Positions 57,342 through 64,000 of a stretch of DNA of 64,000 nt are shown here, in pieces. Source of the stretch: a virus. Taxonomy: Duplodnaviria; Caudoviricetes. The notes under the pieces were generated by a model. It made no database searches. It was not told where the DNA came from and saw only the letters and a list, made by a program, of their open reading frames with translations. The DNA lies in the IMG/VR virus record IMGVR_UViG_3300005686_000039, positions 1,913 through 65,912 of that record. One strand, given 5' to 3'. Every line of letters begins with the position of its first letter. Position 1 is the stretch's first letter. The translations under genes and the position numbers were made by a program.

Positions 57342-57884
57342 TCACATGCACTCCGCTAGCTTATCCACGAAGTCGGCCGCCGCCAGCGTGGCCTGCAACT
57401 TGTCGCTCTCACTCCCTATGAAGACGAGCAGCGCGCCTGGGGTGCCCACGCTGGGCGTGACCGTGATCGACGTGTACGACCGGAACGATTGCAGCTTCGC
57501 TTCGACGCGCTGCTTGCGCTTCTGTGCCCCCTCGAGCCGCGCCATGCTGTAGCGCATGGCGAGCGGATGTTGCTTCGGAACGAGAAGCGAAATCCTCCAC
57601 ACGTCGATGGTCTCCCACCTGCGCATCCTGTTCGCCGTCTCGACCTGCCGCTGCGCCGTCTTGCGCAGCATAGCGCACTGATAGACGAGCCCGCGCTGCT
57701 CGATGAACCACGTGTGGACATCGGGATTAGCGGGAACCGCGTCTTCCGGCAGCGCCGCGACGGCGTCAGCGAGCATGGTGTCGAAGTTCGTGCCCATGGT
57801 GTAGCTCTTCCCTTGGCGGCGCCCGACAAACGCGTAGGCGAACGCGTCTGCTAGGTCGTTCTTCGTGTGGTGACTGTCAGTCAC
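57342..57884 (-). CDS. Hypothetical protein (start uncertain)
   Basis: GTG start lies inside a palindrome copy; alternative ATG near 57797. Confidence 0.55.
   Translation of the reverse strand: MTDSHHTKNDLADAFAYAFVGRRQGKSYTMGTNFDTMLADAVAALPEDAVPANPDVHTWFIEQRGLVYQCAMLRKTAQRQVETANRMRRWETIDVWRISLLVPKQHPLAMRYSMARLEGAQKRKQRVEAKLQSFRSYTSITVTPSVGTPGALLVFIGSESDKLQATLAAADFVDKLAECM
57870..57884. promoter_or_regulatory. Palindromic motif copy GTGACTG-T-CAGTCAC
   Basis: Contains the upstream stop (57877) and the downstream GTG. Confidence 0.7.
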
Positions 57885-58254
57885 GGCGCGTCACCGCCGA
57901 CAGCACTGCGTACTTCTTCGCGGCAAGCTGCTCGGCGAGCCAGTTCAGGCGCATCACTGCCGACAGTGGCTCGTTCGCCGACCCTACGGTCGTGAAACGA
58001 ACAGACCATCGCCGGCGGGCAGACACCGCACCGCTGCACGACGGTCCCAACACCACCAGGGCATGGCCGAACTCACGATCGATGAGCGCGGCGGGCCACG
58101 CCACATCGACGTAGCCAGACGGCGCCGCGCGCTCCAGCTCGTGCGCCTCCCATGACGAGACCTGCACGACGCCGGTAATGGTGTGGACGCCCCAGTTCGG
58201 GCCGTACTTGTACGGCTCCAGCCGCAGGTCGAAGCCGGCGTGGGTCCACGCCAT
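57877..58254 (-). CDS. Hypothetical protein (MAWTHAGFDL...)
   Basis: 3' part of ORF 57877-58809; GGGAGGG RBS upstream. Confidence 0.55.
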   Translation of the reverse strand: MAWTHAGFDLRLEPYKYGPNWGVHTITGVVQVSSWEAHELERAAPSGYVDVAWPAALIDREFGHALVVLGPSCSGAVSARRRWSVRFTTVGSANEPLSAVMRLNWLAEQLAAKKYAVLSAVTRRD

Positions 58255-58265
58255 GGTCTCGAAGC

Positions 58266-58682
58266 TCACGACGCCCTCCCGCCACCTTCGGCGCGGCCGA
58301 CACATTTGAACGTCAGCTCGCCCGTGTGCTTGAGGTAGGGAACCGACGCGCCCAGGATCGGGATCGAGTGGGCGATGCCGACGTTGCTCTGCACGCCGGA
58401 CGAGAAGCCGACCTCGACGGCCTGCGCCTGCAACCCGTGGCAGTGGTGCTGCGCCGCCGCCCAGGTGGTAGCCTTGGCCTCGGCCACGCTCGACATGCCG
58501 GTCACGTCCACCTTGAACTTGCCGTCGTGGGTGGCGCGGACGGGAGCGCCATTTGCCGGGGCGTAGAGGGGGGCAGGACGGGCAGTTGCAGTTTCGGCTA
58601 CATGGGTAGCGGGGGCATGGCCGCAGCCCGCCAGCGCGCCAGCGCCGGCCGACAGGAGGGCTATCAGAAGGGTCTTGCGCAT
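58266..58682 (-). CDS. Lipoprotein, 138 aa
   Basis: MRK-hydrophobic-LAGC lipobox; two further Cys; AGAGG RBS. Confidence 0.75.
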   Translation of the reverse strand: MRKTLLIALLSAGAGALAGCGHAPATHVAETATARPAPLYAPANGAPVRATHDGKFKVDVTGMSSVAEAKATTWAAAQHHCHGLQAQAVEVGFSSGVQSNVGIAHSIPILGASVPYLKHTGELTFKCVGRAEGGGRAS

Positions 58683-58747
58683 GGTGCGCCTCTCTTTTGC
58701 TTGAGTTGTATGGACGCAGCACGGCAGGATCGTAGTCGATTTGGGTG

Positions 58748-58760
58748 GTGACTGTCAGTC
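58748..58760. promoter_or_regulatory. Palindromic motif variant GTGACTG-T-CAGTC
   Basis: Contains the stop of the 58755 gene. Confidence 0.65.
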
Positions 58761-59072
58761 GCCCTCGCGCCGAGTATCCCCAGCCTGCGCATCCAGCGTG
58801 CGGTCCCACGTATCGTAGGTGCCACGCGGAAAGTTGGCTGCGCGCTGTTCAGCGCGCTCGCGCATCGCTCGGGCGACCTCGGTCAGCGCAATGACGCAGT
58901 CGAGACGATCGGCGAACCGGCGCTCGATCTGGCCATTCGAGGACAGCGACACGGCCTGCGGATGCGTCACCGGCACCCACACGACGGGCTCGCACCCGCC
59001 AGGGCAGTGCTCGACCCAACACTCGTAGCCGGCGTGCTCGAAGATGTCTCTGTGCATAACTGACCCTGGCAC
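58755..59072 (-). CDS. Hypothetical protein
   Basis: GGGAGGGAGG RBS before GTG 59072 (or ATG 59057). Confidence 0.55.
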   Translation of the reverse strand: MPGSVMHRDIFEHAGYECWVEHCPGGCEPVVWVPVTHPQAVSLSSNGQIERRFADRLDCVIALTEVARAMRERAEQRAANFPRGTYDTWDRTLDAQAGDTRREGD

Positions 59073-59100
59073 GCCTCCCTCCCCTCGCTCGTTGTGTTTG

Positions 59101-59409
59101 TCAGTGGACCGTACAGACGGCGTACTGTGTGACAAGCTCGGTCATCGGGTCGCCAGCGTCCTCGATGGTGTCCAAGTCTGCGAGCACGCGCCGCTCGATG
59201 GCGTCCGCCATCCGCTTGTTGCGTGCGAAGTCGATGTCGTAGATCGCGCGCCGGTAGTCGTCGTGGCTCACGAGCGCGTTGTAGAACGTCACGCCCGTCA
59301 CGATGTTGTGCAGTATGTGCGCGTCGTTGTCGTTGGTCTCGTCGATCTTGACGACGCGGTAGCGTGGGTTCTTCTCGGCGGGCTTGGGTCTTCTCTTGGT
59401 CTTGCTCAT
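59101..59409 (-). CDS. Hypothetical protein, 102 aa
   Basis: ATG abuts a palindrome copy. Confidence 0.6.
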   Translation of the reverse strand: MSKTKRRPKPAEKNPRYRVVKIDETNDNDAHILHNIVTGVTFYNALVSHDDYRRAIYDIDFARNKRMADAIERRVLADLDTIEDAGDPMTELVTQYAVCTVH

Positions 59410-59422
59410 GACTGGCAGTCAC
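59409..59422. promoter_or_regulatory. Palindromic motif copy TGACTG-G-CAGTCAC
   Basis: Contains the stop at 59419 and touches the ATG at 59409. Confidence 0.7.
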
Positions 59423-59625
59423 TCCCCGTTCTCGTTCACCGGCCGCACGCTCACGATCCTGGGCTTGCCCGCTCTCTGTATCGGAAACGTGCCACGAAAC
59501 CACGTCCAGAACGCCGCTCGCGCTTTGCGCTCGGTCGGCTCTACCGAGAACCAGGCGCTCTCCACGCCCCAATCTCGATAGTAGATTTTGTACGTGAACT
59601 TTTGGCCTTTGAGGTTGTACTTCAT
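59419..59625 (-). CDS. Hypothetical basic/aromatic protein, 68 aa
   Basis: Bracketed by two palindrome copies. Confidence 0.6.
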   Translation of the reverse strand: MKYNLKGQKFTYKIYYRDWGVESAWFSVEPTERKARAAFWTWFRGTFPIQRAGKPRIVSVRPVNENGE

Positions 59626-59638
59626 GACTGGCAGTCAC
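59625..59638. promoter_or_regulatory. Palindromic motif copy TGACTG-G-CAGTCAC
   Basis: Touches the ATG at 59625. Confidence 0.7.
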
Positions 59639-59656
59639 CCGTTGTTCGGTTGTTCC

Positions 59657-59956
59657 TCACACGCTCCTGACGACGCGGTCGTATTCGGCCGGCGCGTTGG
59701 TGCGAAGCACGTCGAGCGCCCTGACGTGTAGCGGGTTGCCGGAAAGCACCTTCGCCATGACGTGCCGCCATGCGGCTTTGTCGTTCTCGGAGAACGGGGC
59801 GATCGTCTCGTCGTCCTCGGCGTAGATGCCATGCAGTTGCAGCTCGGCGCGGCAGTTGTGACCGCCGACATCGACGAACAAGTCCCAGCCTTCGCGGCGA
59901 GCCGCTGCGCTGTCGTCGTCGGTCCAGCCGGAAAGCAGTGGGTGCTCGCCGCCCAT
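59657..59956 (-). CDS. Hypothetical protein, 99 aa
   Basis: AGGAG RBS. Confidence 0.65.
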   Translation of the reverse strand: MGGEHPLLSGWTDDDSAAARREGWDLFVDVGGHNCRAELQLHGIYAEDDETIAPFSENDKAAWRHVMAKVLSGNPLHVRALDVLRTNAPAEYDRVVRSV

Positions 59957-60045
59957 GCGGGTCTCCTGTATGGTCTGCGTTTCACTCTCTCTCTGGTGGT
60001 GCGTGCGAGGCTCGGCCGAGTGCCCCGTCTCGGTTGTCCTGGCCG

Positions 60046-60060
60046 GTGACTGTCAGTCAC
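60046..60060. promoter_or_regulatory. Palindromic motif copy GTGACTG-T-CAGTCAC
   Basis: In the leader downstream of the 60.2 kb promoter, enclosed by a 12-bp IR. Confidence 0.75.
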
Positions 60061-60158
60061 TATTCGGCGGATCGGAGGGGCACTCGGCTTCTGCGCTCTC
60101 GTCTGCTTCGATGGGCCGGGCTCGGTATCAGCACCGCGTCTCCTTCGAGCATTTGAGA

Positions 60159-60187
60159 AGTATAACCCGAAACGCGGTGCAAGTCAA
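60159..60187 (-). promoter_or_regulatory. Sigma70-type promoter TTGACT-N17-TATACT
   Basis: Near-consensus; shares GATTTGACTTGCACC with the 56.9 kb promoter. Confidence 0.82.
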
Positions 60188-60212
60188 ATCGAGTGGTGTC
60201 GGTAGGGACTGG

Positions 60213-60650
60213 TTACGAAGCAACGGATCGCAACTTCGCGCCCGCTGGCTTCGCTGCGATCGGCCGCGCTGGGCGTGCCGGCGGGCGCGGCGGAACATCA
60301 ACCGGCTCCACACCCGCCTCCCCGATCACGGCATGCTCCACTACGGCCTCGTTGGCGCCCTCGCCCCACGCTGTTTCGATAAACAACGCCAACCGCTCGC
60401 GCGCTTCGCGGTTGCACCACGTCACTGCCAGCGTGCCCTTGTGGTCGTGCAGCTCGATCACTGCGCCAGCAAACCACTTGCCGACGCTCGGGCTCAACTG
60501 GTCCGCCATGTGCAGCGCTTGGCTGTACGCCATCAGGACACGGAACAGCCGCGTGCTCTCCCTGTAGCAAGATACGCGAACGCCGAGGGTGCTTCCGTAG
60601 TCCACGTCGGCGGGCGGTATGCTGCGTGTGTTCTCTTCGTCGATTTCCAT
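60213..60650 (-). CDS. Hypothetical protein, 145 aa
   Basis: GAAGGG RBS. Confidence 0.6.
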   Translation of the reverse strand: MEIDEENTRSIPPADVDYGSTLGVRVSCYRESTRLFRVLMAYSQALHMADQLSPSVGKWFAGAVIELHDHKGTLAVTWCNREARERLALFIETAWGEGANEAVVEHAVIGEAGVEPVDVPPRPPARPARPIAAKPAGAKLRSVAS

Positions 60651-60674
60651 GCCAGTACCCTTCGTTCTAGGGGT

Positions 60675-63464
60675 TCACTTCTTCACGAGCGACAAGTGTG
60701 ACTGCGGCAGCTTGGGGCGCTTGCCGCTCAACGGTACGCCGTCGTCGCCCCAATCGATGTTGCCCTTCATGTGCGCGCTCATGGCCGCACGCGCCGCACT
60801 CAGCTTCGGCAGCACGTAGTAGCTACCTTCGGCGTTGCGCTGCTTGAACGCGTCGCCGAATATCTTTTTCAGCCGTCGAACAATCTTGTTGCGCGTCGTG
60901 CGGTTGCGCGCTCCGAGGTAGCGGTTCGCAGCCCGTGTCAGGTCGTTCATGTGGTCGCCCGTCAGCGTTATGGCGCCGTCCTGCCATTCACCAGATTTCA
61001 TGTTGGCGATCACGCCGGGGTTCTGCGCGGTCGGGTCGTCGTATATGATGCCCATCGACATGGCCTGGATCATGAAGCCGTCGATCGTCCCTTCCGCCGT
61101 CTCCACCTTCTGGTCGATCAAGGCGTCCGTCGTCGGCACCGTGCTCGCCGGCCGCCATCCGGTAAGGTCGATCGTCTCGCAGTAGTACGCGAACGCCGCT
61201 ATCACGTCGGGGTTGTCGATGGCGTCGTGGACTTTGTCCCAATACTCACGGTCGCGCGCTCTGTGCGTCGACACGTCGAACACGGCGAAGCGGCGGGCCA
61301 TCGGGCCGGCAGGCACGACGAAATCCTCGTTGCTGGCCATTATCACAGCCATGCGGTTCGGTGCGCTGTACGGCTCGCGGTTCTTGCGCTCAATCACGAT
61401 GCTGTCCGCCGTGATCAGGTCTTTCAACGGGCCGCGCACGCGATGGTCGCCGGCAAAGAAACTCTCTTCGGCGAACAGGATACGCACGCCTTCGAGGATG
61501 GAGTTGAAGTTGCCCGTGACGTGCTTCTGCTGCGAGACTTTTTGCGACGCTGGATCGAAGAGCTTCATGAGGATCTTCGCGAAGCTCGTCTTGCCCGTGC
61601 CTTCCTCTTCGGAGTGCAGCACGACCGCGACGCCGGGGTTGCTCGCGGGGTTCTGCCACAGCCACGCGCAGTACCGTATCAGCCACTCGTAGTAGTCAGT
61701 GTTGCTGTTGGCTATGACCTCGTAGACCATGTCGAGCAGGATGTCGCAGTTGCCCGGTCGTGACTGCACAGTCAGCCCCGAGAACGTGTTGATAGCTCCG
61801 TCCACGATCGCGCCGAACGGGGCGGATATGTCGCTCTTGGTGCCCTTGTACTGCGGGACGGTCGGCACCCACGCCTTGAGCTGCTTGTCGGTGAGCCCGG
61901 TCACGTACTGCAACGCGCTGGAGTTCAGCTCGCGCCGCTCCTGCAGGTCGTAGAAGAACATCTTCGCGCCTTCGAGGTACGGGATGAACCGCTGGCTCAT
62001 GCCGTCCGCCAGCAGACCCGCGCCAGCGAGCTTGTACGTGCCATACCCCTTGGGCTTGAACAGCGCCGGTCCTTCGGCAGTGATAGCTGGATCGAGCGCA
62101 TCTGAGACTTCGATGCTCGTGGTGAGCGACGGGTCGGCGGGAGACGGGTCGGCGGGAGACGGGTCGGCGGGAGACGGGTCGGCGGGCGCTTGCGCATATG
62201 CCGCAGCCTTGTCCGTGCGGATGATCGTCTCGGGGCGCATGTGTTCGGGGATGCCCGCCCGGTCGGCGACCTCGCGCGCTGCCCTGCGCACGGACGCCGT
62301 CGTGAGCAGGCCCCCCTTTTCGCCCACTCGCGCGCCCTCGCTGTCTTTGCGCTCCTGCTGGTTGCTGGCCTGCTCCAGCAAGTCGAGGTTGTCTTGGACG
62401 GTGTACGCCGCGTTCGCCTCGGGCACCTCGGCCATCGTGTCAAGGAACACCTGCACGGCGTAGTTGGGGTCCGCGCCGTCCGCGACAGCAACGGCGATAG
62501 CGCACGCGATGCGGAAGCACCCGTCGCGCTCGAAGATGTTGAAGGTGTCCCCTGGCTTGGCGGTGCGCGCGAGGAACGGGAGGATTTCGGATAGCTGCTC
62601 AAGATCACGCGCGCCGGCCCGCACGAGGGCTCTGCGAGGCTTAGCGGCTCTGGCTGCCGCAGCTTGCGTCGGTGTGGGCGCTGGGACGGCTGCTTGCGCC
62701 TGCATCGCGCCGGTGACTGTGGCAGTCACGGGGAGAAGGATGGCTTCGATCTCGGATCGCGAGTGCAGGGCGCCGTTGCTGATGACGTAGACCGGGCGCG
62801 GCGGCAGACCGGGCTTGAGGTTGTACGTGCCGGGCAGGCGCATGTACGCGCTCTCGACCGTGAACTTCGACTTGTCGGCCACGAGCTTCACGTCTTGCGC
62901 CGCGATGGCGACCGTGAAACTGGCGGCGAGCGCCTTCCACGTCTGTGGGTCTATCGCTTCGTCAAGCTCGACATGGACGTGGATGCCGCCCCCCGAGTTG
63001 ACGTACGTCGGCTCCAGGCCCAGCAGCGTCTCGAAGGTGTAGCGAGCGGCGGCGAGAGCGCCTTCCTGCGTTTCGTAGCAGGGCGCACCCGATTTCGTCG
63101 TGCCTCCCGCCTTCACGTCGATATCGAACCAGAAGCGGTCGACGGCGCAGACGTTGGCGTTGGTGTGCTGCTTGGCAATCGCCGCTTCCAGGCTGGAGCG
63201 CTTTCCCGTGCTCGCGACCGACAAAGGGACGAAGCTGGCGTAGCTGGCCCAAACCTCGGCCTCGGCGTTCTTCGGGTCGTGCGCGAACGCAATGGCTTGT
63301 TGCACCGTAGCGCACTGCCATGCCCGCGTGGGCGCACTGGAGCGTGGCCAGCGGAGGCCGATGATTACGTTCGAGGCGTGCGCGGCCCAATTGTCGAGAA
63401 ACGTCTGGTTCTCGTTGTCGTTTGGTGCGCCGAGAGGGTTGACGGAGGGTGCGGTCTGCGGCAT
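60675..63464 (-). CDS. Primase-polymerase (AEP-type) fused to an SF3/DUF5906-like helicase
   Basis: FWFDID, VNSGGGIHVH, MRLPGTYN primase motifs; GTGKTSF Walker A, LFAEES, IMASN. Confidence 0.85.
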   Translation of the reverse strand: MPQTAPSVNPLGAPNDNENQTFLDNWAAHASNVIIGLRWPRSSAPTRAWQCATVQQAIAFAHDPKNAEAEVWASYASFVPLSVASTGKRSSLEAAIAKQHTNANVCAVDRFWFDIDVKAGGTTKSGAPCYETQEGALAAARYTFETLLGLEPTYVNSGGGIHVHVELDEAIDPQTWKALAASFTVAIAAQDVKLVADKSKFTVESAYMRLPGTYNLKPGLPPRPVYVISNGALHSRSEIEAILLPVTATVTGAMQAQAAVPAPTPTQAAAARAAKPRRALVRAGARDLEQLSEILPFLARTAKPGDTFNIFERDGCFRIACAIAVAVADGADPNYAVQVFLDTMAEVPEANAAYTVQDNLDLLEQASNQQERKDSEGARVGEKGGLLTTASVRRAAREVADRAGIPEHMRPETIIRTDKAAAYAQAPADPSPADPSPADPSPADPSLTTSIEVSDALDPAITAEGPALFKPKGYGTYKLAGAGLLADGMSQRFIPYLEGAKMFFYDLQERRELNSSALQYVTGLTDKQLKAWVPTVPQYKGTKSDISAPFGAIVDGAINTFSGLTVQSRPGNCDILLDMVYEVIANSNTDYYEWLIRYCAWLWQNPASNPGVAVVLHSEEEGTGKTSFAKILMKLFDPASQKVSQQKHVTGNFNSILEGVRILFAEESFFAGDHRVRGPLKDLITADSIVIERKNREPYSAPNRMAVIMASNEDFVVPAGPMARRFAVFDVSTHRARDREYWDKVHDAIDNPDVIAAFAYYCETIDLTGWRPASTVPTTDALIDQKVETAEGTIDGFMIQAMSMGIIYDDPTAQNPGVIANMKSGEWQDGAITLTGDHMNDLTRAANRYLGARNRTTRNKIVRRLKKIFGDAFKQRNAEGSYYVLPKLSAARAAMSAHMKGNIDWGDDGVPLSGKRPKLPQSHLSLVKK
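62128..62186. repeat. 15-bp tandem repeat x4 encoding the PADPS linker
   Basis: GACGGGTCGGCGGGA units. Confidence 0.9.
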
Positions 63465-63509
63465 AGATATTCGGCCTTCGGCTGTGGTTGGAACAGTCGT
63501 CGGACTTGC

Positions 63510-63550
63510 AAGGCCCGTGCGCTCCTGGCAGAGCGGCGGGCCTTTTTCTT
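63510..63550 (+). terminator. Intrinsic-terminator-like hairpin with U-run on the + strand
   Basis: AAGGCCCG...GCTC-N6-GAGC...CGGGCCTT followed by TTTCTT. Confidence 0.55.
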
Positions 63551-63567
63551 TGCCCCGGCGAACGTGG

Positions 63568-63582
63568 GTGACTGACAGTCAC
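63568..63582. promoter_or_regulatory. Palindromic motif copy GTGACTG-A-CAGTCAC
   Basis: In the primase leader. Confidence 0.75.
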
Positions 63583-63630
63583 GAAGCGCGCGAGGCAGAT
63601 AGTTGCACGTCGAACGGTGTATGAGCGGAC

Positions 63631-63660
63631 AACGTAGCCCGATTTCGGCCCCGAAGTCAA
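63631..63660 (-). promoter_or_regulatory. Sigma70-type promoter TTGACT-N18-TACGTT for the primase gene
   Basis: Same -35 as the other promoters; CCGA-AA-TCGG dyad in the spacer; weaker -10. Confidence 0.6.
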
Positions 63661-63679
63661 ATAGGGAATTGAAGAACGA

Positions 63680-63860
63680 AATACGACAATGATTTGGGGT
63701 CTCCGAGGCCAGTGTTTGCGGGCCTCGGCGCGGCCCATGTCGTATTATGTATTATTATGATGTAAAATAATATATATACATTCGTGTGTGCGCGAGCTGG
63801 ATGATCTCCTTGTAACTGGTTAACGATGATTTGGTTAACGATCTCTTGAAAAACCCTTAG
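63680..63860. other. Candidate replication origin: nested inverted repeat plus AT-rich tract
   Basis: AATACGACA/TGTCGTATT enclosing CCGAGGCC/GGCCTCGG, then an AT-rich run at about 63741-63782 and GGTTAACGAT twice. Confidence 0.45.
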
Positions 63861-64000
63861 CGAATGAAAGTGTGAGAAAAGACCCTCAAAATACGGCGAA
63901 TAGGACACGAAAAGCGCTTTTGTGTCGTGTCGTGTCGCAATTAACGCCTCAGATGATTTCGCTGGACGTTGCCGCCCTCGAATGATCGAGGCAATGATCA

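Noticed and set aside
1-64000. Terminal repeat or circular join between the window ends
   Set aside because: No sequence overlap between the ends, so genome completeness cannot be claimed

Overview
A GC-rich (roughly two-thirds G+C by eye) tailed-phage genome segment, probably most of a temperate podovirus-like phage of a Gram-negative host. The rightward arm (2.3-35.7 kb) carries a lysis cassette, terminase, portal, three Ala/Gly-rich fibre-like proteins, a lectin/SPRY-like protein, scaffold, major capsid protein, a free-standing HNH gene, an unusually Cys-rich head-tail/tail module and a 2100-aa internal-virion/polyvalent protein. The leftward arm (64-35.7 kb) carries a primase-helicase, many small early genes, a MoxR-type AAA ATPase plus metallopeptidase/vWA pair, a family A DNA polymerase, PD-(D/E)XK and VRR-NUC nucleases, Xis plus tyrosine integrase beside a dyad-symmetric att-like site, an Ntn-type protease and an intein-split SNF2 helicase. 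The strongest unexplained signal is the palindrome (G)TGACTG-N1-3-CAGTCA(C): 16 copies by manual reading, none in the structural arm apart from one zero-spacer variant. It lies 49-99 nt downstream of the -10 box of three sigma70-type promoters and exactly on the stop/start junctions of small early genes. No classical repressor gene is visible. A tandem-repeat array next to a membrane-anchored HTH gene is also unexplained. All family names come from motif recognition by eye; no database searches were run.
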